Virus record (IMG/VR): IMGVR_UViG_3300037851_001014
Location: 18,823 to 82,822 of that record
DNA length: 64,000 nucleotides
Source: a virus
Lineage: Duplodnaviria > Caudoviricetes
Strand: one strand, 5' to 3'
How positions within the stretch are numbered: position 1 is the first letter of the stretch; each line of letters starts with the position of its first letter. Both the position numbers and the translations under genes were made by a program. Below are positions 1-9,444 of this stretch, piece after piece. A model generated the notes under the pieces. The model had not been told where the DNA came from. It was given only the letters and a program-made list of their open reading frames with translations, and ran no database searches.

Positions 1-848
1 GCCTTTTCCGGGCCTGTTAGGTCCATCTTTGAAACGATCTTGTACCGCCCGGAGGCGGCCAAGACCGTGAAAGGAACGAGGTGCATTTCCTCGCCCTCTC
101 TCGTTTCAAAGACAGTCCTTCCATCAAGGATCGCTGCCAGTACGCTAGCGTGGTGGTCGATCTGATCGTCCACCAGCCGCTTTGCAGCGGCGATCTTATC
201 GGCGGCCTGCTTTTCGAGCAGGCCGGCCTGTTCGGCGACCGCGGTGCGGTCGCGCTTCAGGAGAGCAGCTACGGTCTTATCTGACCGTGCTGCCGCGATC
301 CAGGCTTCCCGAGCGGCAATTGCCCGCTCGAGAACCTCTAGCTTAGCCTTGGCGGCATATTTGCTCGCCAAGGCTAGCTTTTCCTTCAGGAGGGCGATTT
401 CGCCCTCCTTCGCCTGGATCCCGGTCACCACTGCTTTTGCAGCGGCGACCTCCGCATCGCGCTCCGCCCGGCGCTTCTCCTCAGCGGCTTTCGCCGTCGA
501 GATGAGCGCATTGATACCCTTGAGGGTATCCTCAAAGGCATCCTCGTCCTGGAAGCAGTCTATCAGGGACTGAAGTTCCGCAGTTCGTACATGGAACTGC
601 AGAGCCTCGGCTCTGATAGTCTTGATTGAGGAGGGTTCAGGCGCAGGCGCAGGCTCGGGCTCGGGCTCGGAGTGGCGACTGCCGTCGCCCTCCAGCAGTC
701 CGACAGGCTTTGGGGCAGGTTTCCTGCCCCGGACAGGCTTCTGGGCGGGAGTTGCGGTCCCTTGCCCAGCGGATCTCGCGGCGTACCGCGAGTTGGCTTT
801 CATCTTAGCCAACTCGGCCGCGATTTCCTTCGCATTTCTTCCGGACAT
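1..848 (-). CDS. Hypothetical coiled-coil protein with PE/PA linker; runs off the left edge (partial)
   Basis: ATG at 848 behind AGAAAGG; frame open to position 1 (MSGRNAKEIAAELAKMK...EPEPEPAPAPEP...AEEKRRAERDAE). Absent from the ORF track because no stop falls in the window. Confidence 0.65.
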   Translation of the reverse strand, partial: MSGRNAKEIAAELAKMKANSRYAARSAGQGTATPAQKPVRGRKPAPKPVGLLEGDGSRHSEPEPEPAPAPEPSSIKTIRAEALQFHVRTAELQSLIDCFQDEDAFEDTLKGINALISTAKAAEEKRRAERDAEVAAAKAVVTGIQAKEGEIALLKEKLALASKYAAKAKLEVLERAIAAREAWIAAARSDKTVAALLKRDRTAVAEQAGLLEKQAADKIAAAKRLVDDQIDHHASVLAAILDGRTVFETREGEEMHLVPFTVLAASGRYKIVSKMDLTGPEK

Positions 849-1325
849 GTTTGCCTTTCTGGGGCCAAAGACCCCATGAGGTTGGAACTAGCAGGTAACC
901 ACCTGCCGGGGTGTATTTCCCTAACCCCCTTTGCCGACCTCGAGCTTGCGGATAACCTGATAGCCGTGCGCGGATTCTTGGGTACTGCGCCGGTTCGCTC
1001 GACCAGGTCTTTCATCCAGCTAGTGCTGGGCAATGTGCAGCATTAGACCATCGCCAGGGATTGTGTGAGCAAGCGCTCTGGGTTTGTGCGTGTCGTTCTG
1101 GTGCGCATGGTCTATGCTGCCTATCCTTCTCTCTCCGAGAGAGAGAACTGCGGCCTTGCACCGCCCTCGGGCTCTCACCGAGACACCCCCTTGCGGGGGA
1201 TGGGGAGTTGTTATTATTGGGTGACTCCTCCCACCCGTGTTGAAGACGATCTGGATCGTGGGCATCCAGGTTCGTCAGCACCCGTAAGGGTGCAGAAGCC
1301 AGCACACTGGCGTTATGTACGCCGC

Positions 1326-1658
1326 TTAGCGGCGATTGGTTCGCATGAGGCGTGGGAAATGGATATATTTCCCACACACCTCACACGTCTCACCGTATAT
1401 GTGAGCGTGTAAGGTGCGGGGAACACCGCACTTCCCACGCCGCAGGGCAGCCAGGTCCCGATTATGGACCTCGACCATTTCTGGTCGATAGTCCATCTCG
1501 GGTAAGGCCAGGACCATGTCTCTTATGGCCCAGACCTTTGTCTCTTCGACCTTGGCAGCCTGCGGCATCGCCACAGGCTTTGGCTCCTTGCGCCCAAAGC
1601 CTGTGGCGTGACGCCTCGGATAACGGTACTTCGGTTTCCCGAAGTTTCGCTTTCCCAT
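1326..1658 (-). CDS. Hypothetical basic protein with C-terminal Cys/His motif
   Basis: AGAGGAG RBS; CEVCG motif. Confidence 0.5.
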   Translation of the reverse strand: MGKRNFGKPKYRYPRRHATGFGRKEPKPVAMPQAAKVEETKVWAIRDMVLALPEMDYRPEMVEVHNRDLAALRRGKCGVPRTLHAHIYGETCEVCGKYIHFPRLMRTNRR

Positions 1659-1667
1659 GGCTCTCCT

Positions 1668-1940
1668 CTAGTACATCCACTTGCAGAGCCTATTGCTCTG
1701 CTTGTGGGCGAGTGCGTTTTGTTGCTGCTTACGCAACGCAACGCATGCTTCGACTAGCGATTTTTCGGCCATCCCCTTCGAGAAGAGGATTTTAGCCTCT
1801 TTCTCCAGGGACAGGGCCTCTTTGTAGGACTTGTACAGTCCCCAGGGGCCCCGGTGCCGTTTTTCGGCACTGGCTGAGATTTTGGGATTAGCCATTCGAG
1901 CTTTCGCTCTCTTGGCCTTTCCTTTCTTCTCGTTAGCCAT
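1668..1940 (-). CDS. Hypothetical basic protein
   Basis: AAGGAG RBS; contiguous with the next - strand ORF. Confidence 0.55.
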   Translation of the reverse strand: MANEKKGKAKRAKARMANPKISASAEKRHRGPWGLYKSYKEALSLEKEAKILFSKGMAEKSLVEACVALRKQQQNALAHKQSNRLCKWMY

Positions 1941-2480
1941 TTCTATCTCCTTCTTTCTGGGATACCTGCCCGTAGTTGGTCTACGCCTCTCCTGGTGGTG
2001 CGAGGCGCACTGTGGCCAACAGTTGCACTCCTCTACCCAGGCGGGCAGGCTTGCCGTTCATGCAGTCAAAGACTGTGTGCTGCAGGCTTGCACGCACATG
2101 ACCAGGGACAATCCACCTACTCCTATTAGTAGATTGCCCCTGGCTTCTGCCTACAAGCGAAACGGAGGCTTACTCCAGAGAACATCTAGGGGACAGCGCG
2201 CATGTTGTCCTCTATGATCTCCTCTGAGACTCGAACTCAAGTGTTCCACTCGGGCATAGCAATAAAGTGTTATGGGGGGGGAGGGGGTATGTTCACTTCT
2301 CCTCTCCACCACCCCCTTATATAGTCGTGCGAAAAATATTATGGCGAAACAGCCTGTTACCATTTGCGTCTATCCCGAAAACAGTCGTTGGGGGGTGGGT
2401 AATAATCTTTGCGGCTTGTTATTATTGAGTGTTTTGCATACTGGCAATTGTGAAAATTACCGATTGTGTCTACGGCAATC

Positions 2481-2489
2481 TGATATACT
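2481..2489 (+). promoter_or_regulatory. Extended -10 promoter candidate for the + arm
   Basis: TGaTATACT about 20 nt upstream of the ATG at 2510, with an AGGAG RBS in between. Confidence 0.4.
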
Positions 2490-2509
2490 GAAGTAGGAGA
2501 CAATATACA

Positions 2510-2704
2510 ATGGCAAACATACAGAAGGTGAAGGTTCAGGTGAAAGTGGACTATGTGGAGGCCAGGTTGGTGGATGTGCTGGTCGATGGGAAGTCGATAG
2601 AGTTCGAGGGGGCGCAGTTGTACTGGAACACTGATGGGGAAATTGACTGGTTGGCTCTCCAGATACCGCGGCAGTATCTGGACATACTGGCGAGGGTGGT
2701 GTAG
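2510..2704 (+). CDS. Small hypothetical protein (paralogue of 2943-3146)
   Basis: AGGAG RBS; DVLVDGK..W..D.L.LQIP aligns with the 2943 ORF. Confidence 0.7.
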   Translation: MANIQKVKVQVKVDYVEARLVDVLVDGKSIEFEGAQLYWNTDGEIDWLALQIPRQYLDILARVV

Positions 2705-2942
2705 GAGATGGCAAATATACCTGCAAGAGCAGAGATAGCGATCTAGATTGATGAAGATGGCGAATATTGCAATGAGTTATCCTCATGTTTCTGCACCTGA
2801 AGCAGGCTTAAGGAGCCACAATAAATCGTGTAAGTAAATACATGATATTGATTGATATTCATCGATAATTCACCATATTTTTTGTCTAAGTATCACTTAA
2901 ACAAAGCGGCACGTCTGTGCCATCCTTCCCGCAAATACTGAG

Positions 2943-3146
2943 GTGATGGAACTTGGTGGTACGGGGGTGCCGAAGATAAAGGATGTGTTAGCAGACGGCA
3001 AGAAGATCATCTGCGATGGTGTTGAGATGCGCTGGACTGCGGACTATAAAGATCACTTGTTGATACAGGTGCCTGCAAAATTTGTGCGGGTGATGTATGA
3101 CATAGCAGTTCCGAAGGACGAAATAGATGGCGGCGATAGTGATTGA
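2943..3146 (+). CDS. Small hypothetical protein (paralogue of 2510-2704)
   Basis: GAGG RBS; DVLADGK..W..D.L.IQVP. Confidence 0.6.
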   Translation: MMELGGTGVPKIKDVLADGKKIICDGVEMRWTADYKDHLLIQVPAKFVRVMYDIAVPKDEIDGGDSD

Positions 3147-3164
3147 TCCATTTGATCACTTTGA

Positions 3165-3380
3165 TTGGGACGACGAATGACGATCAGAGTGAAAGCCAGG
3201 GTGATGAAGAAGTTAACGATGTTGCTTCAGCCAGATGATGTGCTGGTGACGCATGAGACGCTTGGGCATGACATCATCGCCATAGAGAGAGACGGAAGCA
3301 TCATCGGGCACTTGGATCTCGTGAAGGCGAAGGTGGTTTACCAGGATAAAACTGAAAGTTTTTGGATAGACTCGCCGTAG
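3165..3380 (+). CDS. Hypothetical protein (start may be ATG 3177)
   Basis: ORF in the + arm with operon-like spacing. Confidence 0.5.
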   Translation: MGRRMTIRVKARVMKKLTMLLQPDDVLVTHETLGHDIIAIERDGSIIGHLDLVKAKVVYQDKTESFWIDSP

Positions 3381-3518
3381 CATTGTAAAAAAATGACAGA
3401 GATGTTACAATATTGACATCTCCTTGAATTGGGGTTTTGGGAAAGAACACGCCTGCTCTCCTCAGGCGTGTTCGCATTTATGGTAGAATTTTTGCAAACA
3501 CACATGGAGGATGCGACA

Positions 3519-3740
3519 ATGCCAAACACAGCAAGTTTGCTAGTAGAAGGACCCGAGTGGGAAAGGTTGGTTACGATATGGCTGGAAGAAAAGAAACCAG
3601 CCTTGATGCAGGTCGGCCATATCACCTACGAGGTAGCGACGCCGGACGGTCAGGACAGTCCGGTTTTTATTGCCAAGGGGAACGAACAAGGGATGTACAG
3701 CAGCACCAGCTTTATCTCTGGTGGGAAGGTGAGGAAATGA
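3519..3740 (+). CDS. Hypothetical protein
   Basis: GGAGG RBS before ATG 3519; ATGA overlap with the next gene. Confidence 0.6.
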   Translation: MPNTASLLVEGPEWERLVTIWLEEKKPALMQVGHITYEVATPDGQDSPVFIAKGNEQGMYSSTSFISGGKVRK

Positions 3741-4015
3741 ATGACGACTGTTTTGAAACTTCCCTGGAGGATATTGCGACTGCGCTGGATGCCCGTGGTT
3801 ACCCGTTTACGGTAAGGGTACAGCCATCGCCAGGGGCAAGCAAAATCACCTTGGTTTACGTGTTTGGCATGGAGGCTGTGGCTAACGATCTGGCCATGAT
3901 ACATTCGGGTAGAGCGGGTGAGTTGCAGGTAAGCATAGCGTCTGTGTGGGAGGCGCGAGATCGATGGCGGCGCAACCTGCAGGTTCATGGCGGTGTCCGT
4001 GAAAAAGCTAAGTAA
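3737..4015 (+). CDS. Hypothetical protein directly upstream of terL (no TerS features recognised)
   Basis: ATGA coupling at 3737; overlaps the terL start. Confidence 0.6.
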   Translation: MNDDCFETSLEDIATALDARGYPFTVRVQPSPGASKITLVYVFGMEAVANDLAMIHSGRAGELQVSIASVWEARDRWRRNLQVHGGVREKAK

Positions 4016-5639
4016 GGCGGAAATTGAGATTATCCAGGTTGGGCTCTCGTCGCCAGATAATCTCGATTACTTTTGCAAGTATTGGTACAACAAGGGCGGG
4101 GGAGAAGAGAGCTATTTCAAGTTCGACCGAAACTTTACGTCTGAGGGTGCGTGGCAGAATAAGTTAGTGTTCGCCAGCCAACCCCTTATTGTGGGCGTCA
4201 TGGGAATTGGCAGCGGCAAGACGCTTGGAGTCGGGATGGCCGGCTTTACATGGGGGATGTCTACTGAGAATTTCCGGTTTATGAATGGGGCAAATTGGGC
4301 ATACCAGAGCAAGCTGATGAAAGATCTGGTTATGGAACAAATCATTGACACACCTGCAGAGGATATGATCGAAAAAGAGGTAGATACACCATACCCAAAG
4401 ATCTCCCTGGCATGGCGCATTGGTGGTGCAACCATCCGCTCGACAATGGAATTTATGAGCATGGACGGGCAAGCTGCTAAAATCTTCTCCTGGCGCGGTG
4501 ATTGGATTAATCTGGACGAGGCTGCCCTGGTCAAAGACCTGGATATTGCCCTGATGAATCTCTCAACACGTCTTACCGGCAAGACTTCCAGAGGCAGAGA
4601 GTATCTGGGGCGCATGAGTCTGATGTCTAACCCTTGGGATAACGATTCCGCTTTGCATTTGTACTATTTCTACGACTTGGCGATTGACAGTCCAGGGGAT
4701 TGTTTAAGCATCAGTATTCCAACAAGCGCGAACAAAAACGTCACGGATAGGCAAATCAGCAATGCATTGCGGTTCGTGCCCGAGAAAGGGGAACAAGAAA
4801 GGTTACTTGGAGGATTGAGACCGGAGGGGAAAGGGCGTTTCTTTACAAAATCTGGTATAGCGAGCTGCTCGGATCCGTATATAAGCGAATACATTCAGAT
4901 GAAATCTGAACAGAACACGCCTGGATACAGGACAATCAACGAAAGCGTGCTCGGATTGGTCGAATATGAGCTGCCGCGCACGTCAGATTACTGTTTTCTG
5001 GTTGGGGATCCGGGTTTTGGTAGCCTACCAGCACGCAACGCCCCTGTTTGCGCCGTTATTGATGCGTCCAGGCTCCCAGATGCTCCTGCAGCGGTTGTTG
5101 CCTTTTGGTGGGGGAATGGAGGAGGTTCAATCGGCCCATTTATCGAGAGATTTTACTCCTGGCAGGCAAAATATCGCCCTATTTTCAGCGGTGTGGATAG
5201 TACGGGGCCTCAATCCGGTATGGTTCAGGTGCTTAATATTCAGAGATTCTGGGATAGTGGTAACATGGAGAACATGCGAGCGTTTGGGGCAGATAAAATG
5301 ATGCCTATAATTGGTCTGGATTTCTCTACAGGACGCAAAATGAGCATGCTTTTGAGCCTCAAGAACATGATAGAGCTGGGTTTGATCGTCTGGCCGTCAA
5401 GCGCGAAGGGCATTCGAACCCAGCTACAAAGCTATGATCCCCTGCTGGACAGGGGAGGAGAGCCGAAAATTGCGCAAGATATTGTGGCTTGTCTCTCAAT
5501 GGGTGCGTTTGTTATCCGTGCATACTACAACCTGGCTTTCGAGGTTGAGCGGAAAGACAGCGAAGCGATTGCAGCAGACCTCGGTGAAGTTTTACGCAAT
5601 ATCCGAACGCCTCAAGACACCCGATCTTACAGATCTTGA
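3987..5639 (+). CDS. terL: Terminase large subunit
   Basis: Walker A GIGSGKT, Walker B INLDEAA, RNase H-like acidic motifs (LVGDPG, GVDSTG, AQDIV); upstream of portal. Confidence 0.9.
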   Translation: MAVSVKKLSKAEIEIIQVGLSSPDNLDYFCKYWYNKGGGEESYFKFDRNFTSEGAWQNKLVFASQPLIVGVMGIGSGKTLGVGMAGFTWGMSTENFRFMNGANWAYQSKLMKDLVMEQIIDTPAEDMIEKEVDTPYPKISLAWRIGGATIRSTMEFMSMDGQAAKIFSWRGDWINLDEAALVKDLDIALMNLSTRLTGKTSRGREYLGRMSLMSNPWDNDSALHLYYFYDLAIDSPGDCLSISIPTSANKNVTDRQISNALRFVPEKGEQERLLGGLRPEGKGRFFTKSGIASCSDPYISEYIQMKSEQNTPGYRTINESVLGLVEYELPRTSDYCFLVGDPGFGSLPARNAPVCAVIDASRLPDAPAAVVAFWWGNGGGSIGPFIERFYSWQAKYRPIFSGVDSTGPQSGMVQVLNIQRFWDSGNMENMRAFGADKMMPIIGLDFSTGRKMSMLLSLKNMIELGLIVWPSSAKGIRTQLQSYDPLLDRGGEPKIAQDIVACLSMGAFVIRAYYNLAFEVERKDSEAIAADLGEVLRNIRTPQDTRSYRS

Positions 5640-5711
5640 GCCTCCGGACACTTCGCGGAGCTTCAGAGGGGGAGATTCCACGCGTCCTGATAGAGGTTAT
5701 CGTCTTTAGTA

Positions 5712-5739
5712 TTGACATATTCGTAACTAATCGTACAAT
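5712..5739 (+). promoter_or_regulatory. Near-consensus sigma70-type promoter upstream of the portal/structural operon
   Basis: TTGACA-N16-TACAAT in the terL-portal spacer. Confidence 0.65.
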
Positions 5740-5813
5740 AGCTTTACACACACCTTACACACCTAAAAACACCATCTTAGACAAAGCACACACGCCCATG
5801 CGGATGGTGCTTT

Positions 5814-7439
5814 TTGTTTTCATCGCCGGCAACAACTTATCCAGACCAGATGATAGGTCAGGCCGCACCCGAAGGCATTGACCTTGGCCCATTTAACCTA
5901 GAAAACCTGCACGGATTTCCTGATGACTTGTATCAGGCACAGCGCACGCGCTATGCCAACCTGGAATACTGGTTTGACGGTCGGAAATTCGAGGAAAAGC
6001 AGGTTCAGGGCGGGCGCACAGTCGACAAGTATCCCATACGCCTTAATCCCATCCGCGGTGCCGTTTTCAAACACGCCTATGCCCTTTTTGGAGTAACCGA
6101 GGACGATTCAAGACCCCTTGCTCCTGCAGCGATCAAACTTGCAGACAGCAAGAAGGACAAGGCGACTGTCACGAAAGGGCAGGAGTTCCTTAATCGTGTA
6201 TGGTATGCCAGTCATGGCAGATCCATCATGATGCGCAATGCAATTATTTCTCAGATTTATGGGGGATGTATCTACAAGGTATCTTATGTTCCCAGGCAGC
6301 TTTACAGGCGGATCCCGATCAGTGTCGAGAGCGTGCACCCAAGCAACTTCGTTGGCGTCCCTTTCAGCGGTGATGAGTTCCGACTGGAAGAAGCCTGGGT
6401 AGTGCGGGCGATATCCATGGACGAAGCGGAGCGCAAATACGGCGTTTCGATCAAAGTATCTCCCGGTGAGCCGGTGTATTATATCGAATACTGGAATCCA
6501 GAGGAATACAAGGTCACGATCAATCGAGAACCAGTCTGGACTGGTGCCTACGATACCGGTGGCAAGAAAGTTTACTACGATGGTGAAAACCCTTACGGAA
6601 TTGTCCCGATGGTCTATACCCCGCATATCCGAACGACCGGTTTCTACGGCGACAGCCTTATCAGCAGTAACGTCCAGGGGATTGTCGAGGAGCTCAACAA
6701 GAGAGTGGCAGATTACGGTGATGCTGTCTCTGATGACAGCCATCCCTATTATTATCTTACCGGTTCGTCTGGGCGTCCAGATCTTTATGAATTAGCACCC
6801 GGATTGCGCATTATTCAGCCCCCAATCACTCCTGCGATCACTGGTAAGGAGGCACCGGCCGAGATAGGCAGCCTGGGGCAAACCAAGTCAAGCGCGGCCA
6901 CCAAAGAGCTCACCGAGGAACTTTATGACCATTTCCGGCGCGAAGCCTTCATCCCTGCTGTTGCAGATGGTGAGGACGAGGGCAGCCAGCGGTCTTTCTT
7001 GACCCTGGCAATGCGCATGTGGCCGCTGCTCTCCCATACTGCAATCGAGCGCATTTATCACGGCGATGCGCTCAACTTGATTGACGAGTACATTTTTAGG
7101 ATAGGCAACAACTGGAATCCCTCGGAAGTACCCGAGGTGCTTCTGGATGCGCGCATTGAACGTCGCTGGGCGCCATTACTGCCACGCGATAGCGAGACAT
7201 TTGTCAATGGACTGGTGAGTCGAGCTGGTGCTCATCTTGGATCGCTGGAACACCTTCTGTCTCAGCTACCCGATATCGAGGATGCCGAGGAAGAGGTTAC
7301 CCAGATTTACTCCGAGATGGAGAAACTTGCCAAGATGCAAGCAGCGGCTCAGCCCAAACCCCAGCCGCAAACACCGCCCAAGAAGAAAACTATCGGAGGA
7401 ACAAGTGGACGAGATACAGGAAAACCTAGCAGCAACTGA
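5814..7439 (+). CDS. Portal protein (start uncertain, possibly ATG 5850)
   Basis: ~540 aa after terL; portal-like segments (GGCIYKV, NPYGIVPMVYTPH, GFYGDSLI). Confidence 0.85.
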   Translation: MFSSPATTYPDQMIGQAAPEGIDLGPFNLENLHGFPDDLYQAQRTRYANLEYWFDGRKFEEKQVQGGRTVDKYPIRLNPIRGAVFKHAYALFGVTEDDSRPLAPAAIKLADSKKDKATVTKGQEFLNRVWYASHGRSIMMRNAIISQIYGGCIYKVSYVPRQLYRRIPISVESVHPSNFVGVPFSGDEFRLEEAWVVRAISMDEAERKYGVSIKVSPGEPVYYIEYWNPEEYKVTINREPVWTGAYDTGGKKVYYDGENPYGIVPMVYTPHIRTTGFYGDSLISSNVQGIVEELNKRVADYGDAVSDDSHPYYYLTGSSGRPDLYELAPGLRIIQPPITPAITGKEAPAEIGSLGQTKSSAATKELTEELYDHFRREAFIPAVADGEDEGSQRSFLTLAMRMWPLLSHTAIERIYHGDALNLIDEYIFRIGNNWNPSEVPEVLLDARIERRWAPLLPRDSETFVNGLVSRAGAHLGSLEHLLSQLPDIEDAEEEVTQIYSEMEKLAKMQAAAQPKPQPQTPPKKKTIGGTSGRDTGKPSSN

Positions 7440-8052
7440 GGCCCAGAACACTGCTACGGCTACCACAGTGGTCGAGAAACCGACCGATTGGCAAGCATCC
7501 TATAAAGGCTTGCAAACCGCCTACAACAAGCAGCAGGCATCATTAGCTGCCCTGCAGGCAAAGTTTGATGAGCTTAACGAGAAATATGCCGAGGTCGACC
7601 AGGCCGGAAAACTGTACTCTGCTGAAAAGCAGACCCTGCAGGGACAGATTGCAGAGATGCAGTCTGCCGTCAATGCCCTTACTGCCGAAAAGGCCAGGGT
7701 CGAGGGAACCCTCGCTCGCCAGAAACTCGTGATGAGCGACTACCCAGATCTTGCACAATTCGAGGCTGCAGGGCTTACCCCGCAAGCAGAAAGCCTAGAG
7801 GAGCTGAAGGCCAAGATGGAGCAGTTCCGTGTCCTGCTGAAGAATCAGTCTGCAGCAGATATGTCTCGTGTTATGGCTGGTGCTGTCCCGAGCGGGACCC
7901 CAGCAGCACACTCCGACACATCTGAGGAGGCCGAATCGGAAGATTACCTGTGGTCAAAGGTCTCTGAGCATGCGGGAGATTTCAACCGAACCGAGTTTGA
8001 AAAATATCGCTCGCGCCTGGATGCACTCCTGGCGCGTAGACGTAAATCCTAA
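7405..8052 (+). CDS. Capsid scaffolding protein
   Basis: GGAGG RBS + GTG 7405; Q/A/E-rich coiled coil; basic C-terminus (LARRRKS); lies between portal and capsid, no protease gene seen. Confidence 0.8.
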   Translation: MDEIQENLAATEAQNTATATTVVEKPTDWQASYKGLQTAYNKQQASLAALQAKFDELNEKYAEVDQAGKLYSAEKQTLQGQIAEMQSAVNALTAEKARVEGTLARQKLVMSDYPDLAQFEAAGLTPQAESLEELKAKMEQFRVLLKNQSAADMSRVMAGAVPSGTPAAHSDTSEEAESEDYLWSKVSEHAGDFNRTEFEKYRSRLDALLARRRKS

Positions 8053-8063
8053 GTGAGGTTACT

Positions 8064-9434
8064 ATGGCTGATCCCATTACCGATTACTACGCCGATAATC
8101 CTGTCGAGGTCCTCGACAAGAATCAGCGTACCTGGTATGACCCGGACATCCTGAGCCTTTTCCGTCAGCGGAGTTTGTTTACACCAATTATCCGCTACAA
8201 GAAAAATCTGGGCGATGTCCGTGCTACCACGATGGTTGTCTCGCAGTTGCTTGACCCCCATCCTAACTACAATCCGGTCGCCGCACGCCTGTTGTGGCTG
8301 CCTGCCATGCACATCGACTCTCGCAGTGTCGAGATCACCTTCAGCCACTATGCTGGAAAGATTGCTTTGCACGAGTACGATGATTTGGTGACCTACTGGC
8401 AGCAGAACGGCCAGGCTGGCCTGCGCGGTATCCTGAATGGTGCTCTTGGGCAGCACATCGTGGATGTTCACGACTTCGTTGCCCGTAATGCCCTGATCGA
8501 AGGCGCGCTCGAAACGACCGGCTATGTGTACTATGCCGGAAACGCAACCACCTTTAACGATATGGATGCCTCGGATCTGTTCGTGCCCGAAATCGCGGCA
8601 CAGATTCAGCTAGGCATGAAATACCGTGAAGTTGCAAGCGCCATGAACCCCGATGGATCTCCTGGTGCAGTTGTTTGCTACACCAGTCCTGGCGTCATCT
8701 ATGACATCCAGAGTGATCCCGATTGGATTGAAGCCAAGAAGTATGCTGACCCCAATAGCCTGTTGCGCTACGAGGTTGGTACCTACAAGTCGGTGCGGTT
8801 TGTGGAATCGCCCCGCTTGACCCTGTGGAATGCCGGCGCACTGACCGCCCAGGCACCCATTTCTGCAGCCGCACACGCTGGCGATGGAGCACCTGTTCCT
8901 GCCAGTGCGAAAGTCGATGGCGTCTATCGCGTTGGTCAGTCCAGCGGTGGTATCGTCAATTTCCTGCAGCTCGGTGCCTTCGGGACTGGATCGATCAACG
9001 ATATCGCAGTCAACGATATTGTCACTATCCACACTGCTCGCACCAGCGGGTACGGTGTAACCAATGGCGTCGATCCTTTTGATGGCAAGTTGCACAACCG
9101 CCGTGTCATCAGCAAAGATGTTGGAAATGGTCGCATCACCTTGGACAAGCCGATCATGGAAGACTTCGCCACCGATTTGGGCGGCGGCGTCTACGGCTAT
9201 GTCACCAAGGGCTTTAACGTCCACTCAAGCATCTTTGTTGGTGCCCCGAACGCAATTGTCGCCGGTGTTGCACGTCCTGTACGTCTGCACACTCCTCCCC
9301 CGATCGATGACCTGGAAGCGATTTATCGCTACTCCTGGGACTCTCGTGAAGGGATGCAGCCCTATGCGCCCGAGGTCTTCGAAGTTGTCTTTTCGAGTGG
9401 ATCGGTCCGCGTCAAGGGCGCAATGACCGTGTAA
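8064..9434 (+). CDS. Major capsid protein (HK97 fold inferred) with internal insertion
   Basis: GAGG RBS; size and position; capsid-like segments (LRYEVGTYKSVRFVESP, DDLEAIYRYSWD). Confidence 0.85.
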   Translation: MADPITDYYADNPVEVLDKNQRTWYDPDILSLFRQRSLFTPIIRYKKNLGDVRATTMVVSQLLDPHPNYNPVAARLLWLPAMHIDSRSVEITFSHYAGKIALHEYDDLVTYWQQNGQAGLRGILNGALGQHIVDVHDFVARNALIEGALETTGYVYYAGNATTFNDMDASDLFVPEIAAQIQLGMKYREVASAMNPDGSPGAVVCYTSPGVIYDIQSDPDWIEAKKYADPNSLLRYEVGTYKSVRFVESPRLTLWNAGALTAQAPISAAAHAGDGAPVPASAKVDGVYRVGQSSGGIVNFLQLGAFGTGSINDIAVNDIVTIHTARTSGYGVTNGVDPFDGKLHNRRVISKDVGNGRITLDKPIMEDFATDLGGGVYGYVTKGFNVHSSIFVGAPNAIVAGVARPVRLHTPPPIDDLEAIYRYSWDSREGMQPYAPEVFEVVFSSGSVRVKGAMTV

Positions 9435-9444
9435 GGAGCCAACC

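Noticed and set aside
1663-2305. AGAGGAG four times on the - strand as a phage-specific promoter
   Set aside because: Indistinguishable from Shine-Dalgarno variants; one copy is clearly the RBS of the 1658 gene. Needs TSS data.
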